Assembly: GCA_905331295.1 (NCBI GenBank)
Contig: CAJNYD010000033.1
Span: 1 to 64,000 of the forward strand
DNA length: 64,000 nucleotides
From: Rotaria socialis
Taxonomy: Eukaryota
Direction: 5' to 3'
In this document: positions 32,801 through 44,200 of the stretch, piece by piece
Numbering within the stretch: position 1 is the first letter of the stretch
Layout: each line of letters begins with the position of its first letter
Notes under the pieces: model-generated
The model's input: the letters and a program-made list of their open reading frames with translations, nothing else
What the model was told of the DNA's origin: nothing
Database searches by the model: none
Translations under genes and position numbers: made by a program

Positions 32801-35009
32801 GAAAAAGTACAAATTGGTAAATGGTATTTAAATAATCAATTTAATAAAACACGTGAAATACGTATCTGGGCTCTTGTGCTTGTCAGTCAAAAAGAACCTG
32901 ACGCACGACAAGTCGGGTTAGCTAGAGATTTTGCAAGTAAAATTCCAAAGGTTAGAAGATTTATTGTTTTTCAAATGATATAATCAATAATCTCATTTTT
33001 TTTCTTCTCGTCGAAAAGGCAATGTCGAGATATGGTGTTCGATTTAATTCAGCAGCTATTGAAAAATCCGATGCTGCTGTACCCGACACTATTTTAGCTC
33101 GGATGAATGAGCTTAAAATGTTAGGATGTGAAGTTATCATTTATATTCTCAATCAAGTTGGTGAGGATATATATCATGTGATTAAATATTTTGGAAATGT
33201 TAAACTTGGTAAGAACCGATTTCACTCTTTTGACATTTGAATGAACTGTTTCCGATTTTTTTCCAAGAAAATGAAGTGTGAAGGATAGTTAACGAAAATT
33301 TACTGAACATAATACAACTATTTAGTATGCTCTTACTTTTGAGGATTGTTTGTTAGATTGAAGAGCAGATCTTTTCTTATAATGCATCTGATGAAATGAG
33401 CCATTCGCAAGACAAACATATTTTTGTTTTAAATTGAGATCATTCTAAATAATCTATATTTTATTGAAACTTTAGTCATCTCAACTTCAAACGATTGTTG
33501 AGCAATGCAAAAATCTAAATAAAAGAAAATCTAGAAAACTTTGCCGTTTTGAAGAAGAAATTATGTTATTCGAGTTAATCATTTTTATTTTTCTGTGTCA
33601 GACTATTAATAAAAAGCTTTTCTGGTATCTAAATCACTTCATTGTTGTAGGTATGGTTACTCAATGTACACGTTTCGACAAACTTTTTGCCAATAGTGAA
33701 CCACGTAAAATGGATATGTATATTCAAGTGAGTTTTTTATATTTAAAAACAAAAATTTTCTATTTAACAACACAATCTGAGCAAATAGAATTTGGTACAA
33801 AAATTTAATGCAAAATTGGGCGGTATAAACCAACTGGTTTCGTTGATGCGTGCATTAACCTCTTCATCGCCTCGTACAGATATTTTTATGTTTTTTGGTA
33901 TCGATTGCACTCGTACAACATGTTCACGTGAACAGCCATCAATAGCTGCTATTATTGGATCAAAAGATTCAACAAGTTTGTTTGAGTTTTATTCATCTAC
34001 AAAAAGACAAATTCTTTTTAGGTACACAATATGCTGGCCGTGTTGTTCAGCAATATTGCCCAAAAGGAAAAATATCAGTAGAGATAATAAAGGATCTTCA
34101 TATTTATGTTCGAGAATTATTACATGAATTTTCTCATCATAATACTCATCTACCAAATAAACTTGTCTTTTATCGTGCCGGTGTTGATGATGGATCTTTT
34201 CAAAAAGTACTTGATAATGAAGTGCGAGCAATTCAACGAGCATGTAAAGGTAGTAAAGATCATCATATTAACTCATTCAATAAAAGTAATTATCTGTTTT
34301 AAATAAGAACTTTATGGTTACAATGAATTACCAAAAATTTGTTTTACAATTGTTAAAAAACATCATAATACTCGGTTTTTTACTTGGGATAAACAATCAA
34401 ATCAAACACATAATATTCAACCAGGTAAAAGTTCTTTTTTTATTGGCTAGTTCTTTTTTATTAGTTTTCTGTTTTTTGTTTTAATTTTAGGCACAGTTAT
34501 TGACACAGATATTATTTCACCGAATGGATTTGATTTTTATCTTAATTCTCATGCAGCAATTCAGGGCACATCCAGACCAATGCTTTATCATGTTTTATAT
34601 GATGATATTGGTTTTACACCAGATGAAATTCAACAGTTAACGTGAGAATTTTATTGTAAATATTAAAAATAGAATATAAAAGTTATTATTAGATATTATT
34701 TATGCCATACGGATGTTCGATGTACGAAATCTGTGTCTGTTCCAGCACCAGTTCATTATGCGACACTTTGCGTATCTCGTGGCCTAAACCTTGATTATGA
34801 AGGACAAATGTCTAATGAACCGCGTAGTTTTTCTATGTAAGTTTTCGAAGTATTTATTCCAATGAAATAATACAATAAAAAGCTTTCATTTTAGTTCCGA
34901 TGTGGGTGAAGAATTATTAGATGAAAATGTTGTTGTTACATTAGATGATGTTCAAACAATAAAAATTAATTTTAATCCATCAATTGAGAATACAATGTGG
35001 TTTGCATAA
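29899..35009 (+). CDS. Argonaute-family protein (divergent AGO; N, L1, PAZ, MID and PIWI domains), multi-exon
   Basis: [33 protein letters not shown] ([28 protein letters not shown]), MID ([20 protein letters not shown]) and PIWI ([55 protein letters not shown]). Ends in MWFA-TAA. Confidence 0.92.
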
Positions 35010-35590
35010 ATATCATTTTATTTTCGTTTGTATAGAATAATTTCATTTATGGCATTGAGATTGTTTGGTCAAATTGATCATGCATTTAATCATGTGTTCT
35101 TCGTTCGTTTTAATTGTTTTGTTCGTTGTTTTCTTTTTATATTTCTTATTATTCTTCATAATTTATTTCAATGTAACAATGCTGCGATTAGTTCAGGGAT
35201 TTGACTGAATAATAATAAAAAAAATAATATCATTTATATTTTATATTAACTTGTAAAAAGACAGTGGATGAAAACTAGTGAAAATCATGTTATGATACCA
35301 TCATTCGGCATTGAGAGATTTGGTGAATATTGAGAATCACCATAGTAAGTAATAGAAGAAATGTTTTTAAATAAAATTTGCTCGATTTTGCACTTTTTTT
35401 ATAAATAAATATAAGAAAAAATTTAACGAACGCCTGAAGTACGTGGTTTGTTTTTATATGTAGGCGTCATTGAGAAAAATAATATTCATTCTGAATGCAT
35501 TGATATGATAAAATAATTGAAAGGAACGCTCGAAAATTAGATTTGTTACTTTTAATGAGAATAATAAAGAAAAGACGATTTAAATAAATA

Positions 35591-35935
35591 ATTAATGCGA
35601 TGCGAAGCATAGCATTTATGTAATCCGTCGCGAATTTTCTTTTGCTTTTGCTTTCTCGACGTACGCATCTTTTTCATCATTTTGTCACCCGATGATCTCG
35701 AGTACGGAAAATCATAGAAAAATTATTAAAACGAGCGATGAAATTATCGAGATGGAAACTTTTTACATCTTTTTTCGAATCTTCAATCTGAAGTTCCGTT
35801 CACTCAGAAATATGGTTCCAAAATGACGAAAATGAAAGAATTTATCGCGAGATATCTAAAATGACGTCATCAACATATGTTATTCACTATACCCTATTCA
35901 TTTACAGGTGATGTCAGATAATGAATCATAGCGTT
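35591..35935 (+). mobile_element. Truncated copy of family B Helentron-like element, inverted relative to 28450-28800
   Basis: About 340 bp are reverse-complementary to 28450-28800, e.g. CCGTCGCGAATTTTCTTTTGCTTTTGCTTTCTCGACGTACGCATC vs GATGCGTACGTCGAGAAAGCAAAAGCAAAAGAAAACTCGCGACGG. Confidence 0.75.
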
Positions 35936-36820
35936 AATTAACCGATCTGGCCTCGGATTGCACTTCTTAAAAATATAGGAATCCTTAGAGAATCAAGCTT
36001 GTCAAAAATATAGGATTTTCGATAAAAAATGATAAAAAGAGAGGACGTTTTATACACCGTTTCTGTTCAATTGTTTTGGCGTTTTTTAACTGCTCTGCTT
36101 GAAAATCGTTTTAATGAAGCTGTTATAAACAGTTCAACCGTAGCAAAGATCCTTCTGTGATTTTTCCTACTGAAATAAGTCGCTAATTCGAGGATCATTA
36201 TAAAAGGTTTTCACAAATTGATAAATAACAATAAAGTAGATCATAAACTTTGAAAAAACAAATACATGAAAAAGACAAATACTATTCTTCATGATAAAAA
36301 GGGGCGTTTCAGGTTACGGACATGAGTTCCCAAAAATTCTCAACCTAATTTTATTGTTCTGGTAATCAGCATTCATCGCTTATTATTTTCCACAAGTTTA
36401 TTTTGTATTTTATCATAACTCAATTCTTTCTGGTAATAAATAAATGAAAATACATGTACATAGGATAGAAAATATTTTCTTTTGGTAACAATATCCTCAA
36501 AATACAGAGAGAAGCTTTTCATCTAGGGGTATATATATACAGCTTTTATATCTAACTAAAACTCCGAAACTAGTACATGATCACTTTGTGAATGTTTTTT
36601 TCTTTTGAACTATTTTGTATTTTATGCTTAGTCTTAGTATTAAACAATGTCTCAGTCAGCCCACTAAATAGGCGAAAGGAAAAATACTGTTTAGAACAAA
36701 TGTCACTATAATACACGGATTTGTCCAAAACGCATGATTATACACATTAAAAGTTTTCTTTCGTCGAAAGACAATAGCAAAATTAAGAGAGTTTCGGAAA
36801 TTTTCTACTTTTTTCGATAC

Positions 36821-36897
36821 AATATAGGAAAAAATAGGAAAAAATAGGACAAAAATAGGACGTGTTTGAAAATATAGGAATTATAGGAAATATAGGT
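36821..36897 (+). repeat. Short imperfect tandem (AAAT)ATAGGA repeat, probably subterminal repeats of a decayed DNA transposon (~35947-36911)
   Basis: About seven ATAGG(A) units. The same unit occurs at ~35972 and ~36005. Confidence 0.45.
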
Positions 36898-37154
36898 CGA
36901 ATCGCAGCCCAATATTAAGAAGTAACTATTGTACAATTAAATTAAGAAATCAATAAACAATTATACCCGAGTGTGATGCTCGACATGATGGTAGAAAAAT
37001 ACAATAAGAAATGAAGAGGAAAAAAGTTATGAAGAATAAGAGAAAAAATCTATATGTTGAAGAAAACGCAACCCACACCCACAACTAGTAAATTTCGTTT
37101 TTTTTGAGATAAAAGTTTCTACTAAGTTTATTTATTAATTTAACAACTATATAG

Positions 37155-37921
37155 GTACGTCAACAACTTCGACAACATCAACTAGTAAGTCATACATTGT
37201 ATCTTAGTATTAATTGTTTTCCTTTTACTCGTAGCATCAACATCATCTACGTGTAAGTGTTTTTTTCTCTTCTTCGTTTTTATATTTTCAAATAAAATCC
37301 ACGTCAACTACATCCAGTATCCTATGTGTACAACGAAATTCGTTTTGGTAATCATTCTAGCTACCACTAGTACAACTGCATCAATTGAGTTATATCTTCT
37401 TTGTTCATCTTCTTTAAATTGATTAATCGAAATTATTAGCAACGACTCCAACACCTACGTGTGTTCCAACTTCTGTTGGCTCTGTAAGTACTCTTTTTAC
37501 GACATCATCTGGTAGCATCACTTCGTACACGTGTTTCGCATATGAATGGGCGTCGCCTACTGCAGGTTCAGATACTCTTGCCTTTAATTTTCGTAATGAT
37601 CCAGGCCTCTGGTATCTTGATGATGTCTTAGTATACGCTGGAGCTGTTCAAATGCTGAGCAATATACAGGTTTCGAAACTGGTTCCCTTTCGCCTTGGAC
37701 AAGAACAACACCGTATCGATCATGTACAATTTTTTCCAGGTCAAGTAGCTAGTAATTCGCCTCACAGTGGAATTCATGGTGTTATTCATGGAAGTAATGG
37801 ATGTACCGATGAAATTAGCCAACAATTAATAGCTACAGCTGGAAAAGTCTATATATAGAGTTTTTGGTTAAAATCAGATTCGACAGGCTCTGTCATATCG
37901 TGGACAGTTACTCTTTCGTAA
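37155..37921 (+). pseudogene. Thr/Ser-rich microexons followed by a beta-sandwich/carbohydrate-binding-like domain; disrupted
   Basis: Microexons encoding TSTTSTTST and STSST. The main exon from 37440 encodes LAFNFRNDPGLWYLDDV and MLSN-TGFETGSLSPW (the latter displaced by a +2 then +1 frameshift). An in-frame TAG at 37856-37858 precedes SFWLKS...TLS-TAA. No clear start exon was found. Confidence 0.6.
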
Positions 37922-38869
37922 TTTACTTCAACAAAAGACTTGAATCATTTATAACCATCTCCGAAAATAGACCATAAGAAAACTAAAATTTTTGTTTTAT
38001 GATTTTTTTTATCTTGTGCGTTCTATTGAAATAATAAATATTGTCTATTACAATAATAGTCCGATCGTTCAATCCCATAATTCACAATGACAAACAATTA
38101 AATTGCCACTCACTATCCCAATATTTAAATAATGATAAGATCAAAGTAAATTGCCATATATTGTATCAGCATTAGAAATAAACTAAACGGTCAATCTTTG
38201 CCATTAAAGACGAGCTTTTGAATGCAAAGCAAGCAATTCGACCTACAAATTGGCATGAACAGTTTTATTTTATGAACTTTTCTCTTATTGTTGATAAGAA
38301 ACAACACAAAAATATATATTTTTCATTTTTTGATTATTCTTGAATCACATAATGAATAAAAGAAAAGTCTTAAATTACCAAGAATCAAAATTCAATTACT
38401 TTGTGTCTGATTGTGATTGAGAGAGAAAATACCAAGTCGGTTAAGTACTTTCTGTTTCTCATCGGTAAAATTCATATAGAAATATGATCGAATCAGAATG
38501 AAAAAGAAACATTTCTTGAGTTTTTATTTTAGTTTCTAATTTATGCCATATTATTGAAAAACAAGTCTGTTGTGAAGAATGAGATTGGTATTTGGCTCTG
38601 ATTATTTGAGCAAATAATTAAACTAAAAGACAGATGCAACTAATACAATAGGTAAAGCAACACGAATTATCATTGACATAAAAAATTAAAAAATTCAAGC
38701 AATAAACTTCTTTTTCATATGATTGATTGCATATGTCATTAAGACATCGATACATATACGATATGCATTTCTCGATTTTCATCTCGTATAACAGAAATGG
38801 CAAATTTCTTCACAACAAGTAAGACTTTGTACTTTGAGCACTGTTAGAGTTAAAAATGATTTTTAAAAT

Positions 38870-38985
38870 TTCAACTAGTTATAACCTCAAGTTATAATTA
38901 AGTTCGAGTTATAACATAAGTTGAAAGCATTTAAACAAAGGAAAAAACAAACGAAATTTTTTTCAGTTATAACTAGTTATAACTG
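38870..38985. repeat. Cluster of palindromic GTTATAAC units, likely a MITE remnant
   Basis: AGTTATAAC recurs about 5 times, including the palindrome CAGTTATAACTAGTTATAACTG. Confidence 0.45.
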
Positions 38986-40189
38986 TTTGTAAATCCCACA
39001 GTGACTTTGAGGGAGGAGTGTTTTAAACAAATTGAAGAAAAAAATGATTTTTTTTCTAAACTCTTCTTCTTTTATTTCGTTGAAAAGAAGAAAGATATTT
39101 TTGACTGTGAATGAGAGTAAAGATCATGGTAATATTGCGAGTCCAGTGGAAGTAATAGAAGTAGTAAGTTTCAGTTTCTTCTATTCAAGGTTTTTTCCAA
39201 CTATTTGAATGCTGATTTCACATGTTTTTTTAACATCTAAAATGAATACTAAATAGTAAATAGCTAGAGTATCAACAATAATTATAAGCATGTCGATTTC
39301 GAGTGACTGTTGTTTTTAGTATGAAAAATTCTATTTGATTAAATGCTTTCTTTGTGCAGAAACTATGATAAGTTGCTTTCGTTTAATGGAGATCTTTCAA
39401 AACAGAGTTTCATAATATCTAAAATTTAATATTTGATAACAAAAAAAATAGGAATTTATTCTTATTTGAATATTCTATAGTCTAACTTGACAGACGTCCT
39501 TGGTCTTTGTTTGATAGCAATAAGTAAGCTAGATATATTTCTACTTGAAATCATTAAAATCTATATTAAGACATAATCATGCGGAACGATATCAACACAC
39601 CCTAAATTTTGAATGAAATTATAATCGTTCGTCCTAATATGCCGACAACGTTTCGATATTTAGTGAGACTATTGAAATTTTAAGGACTGGAAGTTTTGAA
39701 ATAGATTCTTTTCCTCTTTGAATACGATCCACAGTTCATCTCTCATTTGGCGAAATATTCTCTTGCGAATATAAATCAAATTGTTCAATAAATGATTAAC
39801 AAGCTTCTTGCATGAACATTAGGTTCCGATCAAAATTCAATGGGTCGATTACAGGTATTTCAGTATATATTGGACACAATGTGATCACATATGTTTAACA
39901 ATTGTATTTCATTGAGTCAAATATTGTAGCTTTTTTGTTTCATGATAACCGATATATATATATATAGTACATGAATTGTTATTATTCTAGATGTATATTT
40001 CCACGATCTTCCACAAATTGCGATGTGTTACCGAAAGATTAATAACCATGTGAAAAAATATGAATAAATCAGAAATGAAGAGAATTTCTGAGAGAGTAGG
40101 TGTGTATCAATGTAACATTCACACCCACATCCACACCCACCGTCAAATATTTCAACACTCATAGAAGTTTTAAATAATCGCGAAGAAGC

Positions 40190-40486
40190 CATTTACGGAA
40201 AGAATAGTACCGAATCGTAGAACACCTTTCAACCGTTCGAAATCTATTAAATAAAACGAATAGTTAGTATGTGCCCATAATTCGACTCAGGCCCAACATT
40301 GAGATGATCGTAAACCAGTTGAATACGGGCAGTTAATCACAAGACTACGGTCGTAAATGGACCGTATTTCACCCATTTGGTATCGACTGTATTATGGCCG
40401 CTCTTTTACGTGTCGTGTATGGCTAACAACAGCCTGAAAATCTAGTATCCGACCGTTTACAACGACCGAGCTTGTTTGACCTGGGG
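40190..40486. repeat. Degenerate TACGG/CCGTA-rich repeat ending in GACCTGGG, probable MITE fragment
   Basis: Recurrent TACGG, CGTAAA and CCGT motifs in a locally GC-richer patch. Only one putative terminus was seen. Confidence 0.35.
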
Positions 40487-40709
40487 GTGACTCATCTAAT
40501 CAATATCAAATATTGCGCCACTTTGTGATAGCGCCCTCTATTTGTTTTTTTCTATTTTTTGCAAGCCAATTTTCAAGAACTGAATTCGATAAATGAAAAT
40601 TTGCTTCATTTTTGTGGTATATAAGTTGTATCTAACCGCGCCCAAAAACCTGAAAACCAATCATCATTCAGCGTTTGCTATTGCTTCACTTTATTTCCTT
40701 ATTTCCTTA

Positions 40710-40835
40710 GGCCCCAAACAGACCAAAAAGATAAAACAGAATTAACCACTAAATCGTCTCGAAAAGATGACTTAAGTGTGAATTAACCAATCACGTTGCT
40801 TAATTCTGTGTTCTTTTTTTGGTCTGCTTGGGGTC
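40710..40835. mobile_element. 126-bp PIF/Harbinger (Tourist)-like MITE
   Basis: TTA|GGCCCCAAACAGACCAAAAAG...TTTTTTGGTCTGCTTGGGGTC|TTA, with a 3-bp TTA target-site duplication. Confidence 0.75.
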
Positions 40836-41211
40836 TTACAGACTAGTGGATAAGGGTCATACTAAATGTGAAATATTTCTTCAATGATTTTTATCGAATT
40901 GAGTTCATTTAATTATAAATGAATTAATTGTTATTTCAGTCAAAACTCTACTGGTGCTTCTTTTTTTCCTTTTGCCATCATTAACAACCTCATTCAAGCG
41001 AACTATGCTGATACCTAAATGTTCCAATATGAAAATAGACAATCGAGGAAAGAGTTTTCTTTTCAAACTATGACATTTAGATCTATTCGAATTGATAGAT
41101 TACAAAAGAAAAACATTTCGTATTCAATAATCGACGTCGGATAAATGTTTTTTTAATTGATATTTCATAAAATTGTATTTTACATGTAATATTGCTTTTG
41201 AAGATAAAAGC

Positions 41212-44200
41212 ATGTTTTTAAATAAAAGCTTGCATCCATTATACCGATATCAATATTTACTGATTCGCTATCGGAAAACAAACAAAAACTATTCGATTAC
41301 ATCATCCTCATCGAATAATTTAAATTCAACCATGAAGTCACTTGTTGATTCAAAACAATATGAAAAAGCTTTGAAACTTTTCAATGAACAATCTCAAATT
41401 TCAACAGATTTTACAATAAACATGGCAATAAAGGCTTGTACAAAGCTGCATGATTATCAACAAGGAGTCAACATTAAAGAAAAGCTTTCACCAAAAACAC
41501 TCAACAATCCGTATATTCAAACATCATTAATACATTTTTATAGTGAGTCACTGTTTTACCAATAGAAGGCATCATTACATTAAAATATTAACGAATGGAT
41601 GTTCTATATATACATTTTCACAGAATATTTTTGAGTAAATGATACAGAACTCCAGTTTTTTTTAAATTTGTTGCTCAAATACGAGTTCTATAATTATTTC
41701 TCATGAAGTCTTTTTTTATTCATTTTTGTAAACAAACATTTTAGAAAATATACCAAACAATCCACCAATTATTACGAGAGAGTTAGAAAAAGTAGTCGTT
41801 TTCACTTTGAATTATTCGTATGTCATTTGATCATTTAAATTGACGTTTGAAAAAGCACGAAGAGATTTTTCTTTATGATTTTATTTGATATATTTTCAGT
41901 GTTTTTTTTTATATTCTTATCTAAAATCTATAGAAATAGAAGAATTCAACAATCGAACATTAGAAATTAAGAAAATCAAATAATCTCGATCTTCAAATAA
42001 GTAAAAGTGTTGAGATAGAGTCTGAAAAAGATGAGACGTCAAATTTCGTCTTTTAGTCAATGAGAAAAATGTTTAATGATAGTGATGATCGAAAATCATC
42101 ATTCGAATTAACCATAAAAATTGGATTCTTTTTTATTTGTTTTCGATTTTAATACGTAATATCAACAAACCATCGTGTTTTCCTTAATTAACACACAATA
42201 ACCAATATAAAACATTCTATTATATTCAACTAGTGTGTTTATTAATTACTTGATTCTATTTTTCTTATTAGTGCAATGTCATAAAGTTGATCATGGCTAT
42301 CATCTATTCTCTAAAATTGTTAACAAATCAAATCCAATGTATGCATCAATGTTTAAAGGTTACCAAGTTATTTTCTAATGTACTCACTACGAAAGATTTG
42401 TTAATTAATAGGTCTAATTACTAATAATATGTCTGAAAAAGTGTTGGACCTATTTGATGAGATGATAATTGAACCTGATAGTGTAACTCTCACAGTTTTA
42501 TTTAATGCATGTGCTCAAATTGCCAACAATCGAGCGATGAAGATTGGGAAAAATCTTCTTCATAAAATGCCTACTAATTATCAAAACAACAATGTTCTAC
42601 TAAATTCAGCAATAGACATGTTAATGAAATTTCGTGATATTGAGAATGCTGAACATGTTTTTCAATCAATGAAGAAGAAAGATATTATTAGTTATAATGT
42701 GATGATAAAAGGTAAGATATAGGGTGTCCGGAAAATCATAAACCACGAGAAAAACATTTTGAATATCTGTCGTATTTCGATTGAATGAGCTGATATTTTT
42801 ATACAAAACAATGGATTTATTCCTTAGGTCAAGAATAATAAACATCAAACTATTTTAATTAATTCTGTTGACTAGTGTCTTTAGCTTTCGTACAGATATT
42901 ACAGATAGATGTCTTGTTAGTCAATATCCGCTCAAAATTTTATCCATAAAGCCGTAAGACTTTGTTGGCAAAACTACCATATTGATTTTTTTGTAATTTC
43001 TGAAAAGTGAGTTTTCTATTGTATTCAAGAGGGAATGCCACCAATTGTTCAATCGCTTTTGCTTTAAAGTTATTTGCATTATATAGTTTCAAAACTCTGA
43101 AAACAAATTTGAGCAACTAGCTTATTGTTACGAAAATAATCCATTTGTAAGATATGAGTGCCGTGGTCCCTTCTCAGAAAAATTGATTTTCGAATTTTGA
43201 CTTGAAACTTTACACAGACACACGTCCCAATTAGAATAATTCTCTGTAAAAGTTTTAGGCCTTTTGATTTGTTTGTTTCATCAAATCTGCTGCTGTATTT
43301 GAACGAATGAAAATACACATTTTCATGATAGTTGTTTCTGACAATAGGAACAATAGAAAGATCTGAAACGCTCACAGAAAGTTTTCCTTATTGAGGCGCG
43401 CATCTATATAACGTTTTAAGTCAAAATTCGAAAACCAATTTGTTCCAATTTTTCTGAGGAGAACCACGATAATCACTAAAAGCCGTACCTCACAAATCAA
43501 TTATCTTCGTAACAATAAGCTATAACTACCCAACCTTTTTTTCGAGTATTCATAACTCTTTTGATGATCTTTCTTCATCAGTGGTATCCATGGTAAAAAT
43601 ATCAAGACATTTGATCGAAACAGGACGGAGATTTTCAAATTTTCGTTTGGCTAATGACTTTTTGAACACTATATATATTTTAATATCATTTTAAATATTG
43701 TGAAATTTAACTTAGGATATGCTACAAATGAAATGTCAGAAAAAGCATTAAATTTATTCGAACAGATACATTTAAACTTAGATAATGTGACCTATATTAT
43801 TATTTTTAATCTATGTGCTGAACTTGCAAATGATCGAGCGAAAAACATAGGAAAAAAACTTCTCGTTGAAATGCCTAATAACTATAGAAATGATAATGTT
43901 ATTCTAAATTCAGCAGTGCACATGCTAACGAAATTTGGTGATATGGAAGGTGCTGAAAATATTTTTCGATCAATCAAGAAAAAAACAATTATTAATTACG
44001 GCAGTATGATGAAAGGTAATATATAATGAATATCATTTTAAATATTATGAAATTTAACTTAGGATATGTTGCAAATGAAATGTCTGAAAAAGCATTAGAT
44101 CTATTCGAACAAATACATATAAATTTAGATCATGTAACTTATACTATTGTTTTTAATGCATGTGCTCAACTTGTCAATGAACAAGCAAAACAAATTGGAA

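Noticed and set aside
36821..36897. Short direct repeats as a CRISPR-like array
   Set aside because: Units are ~10 bp with no unique spacers, in a eukaryotic context without cas genes.
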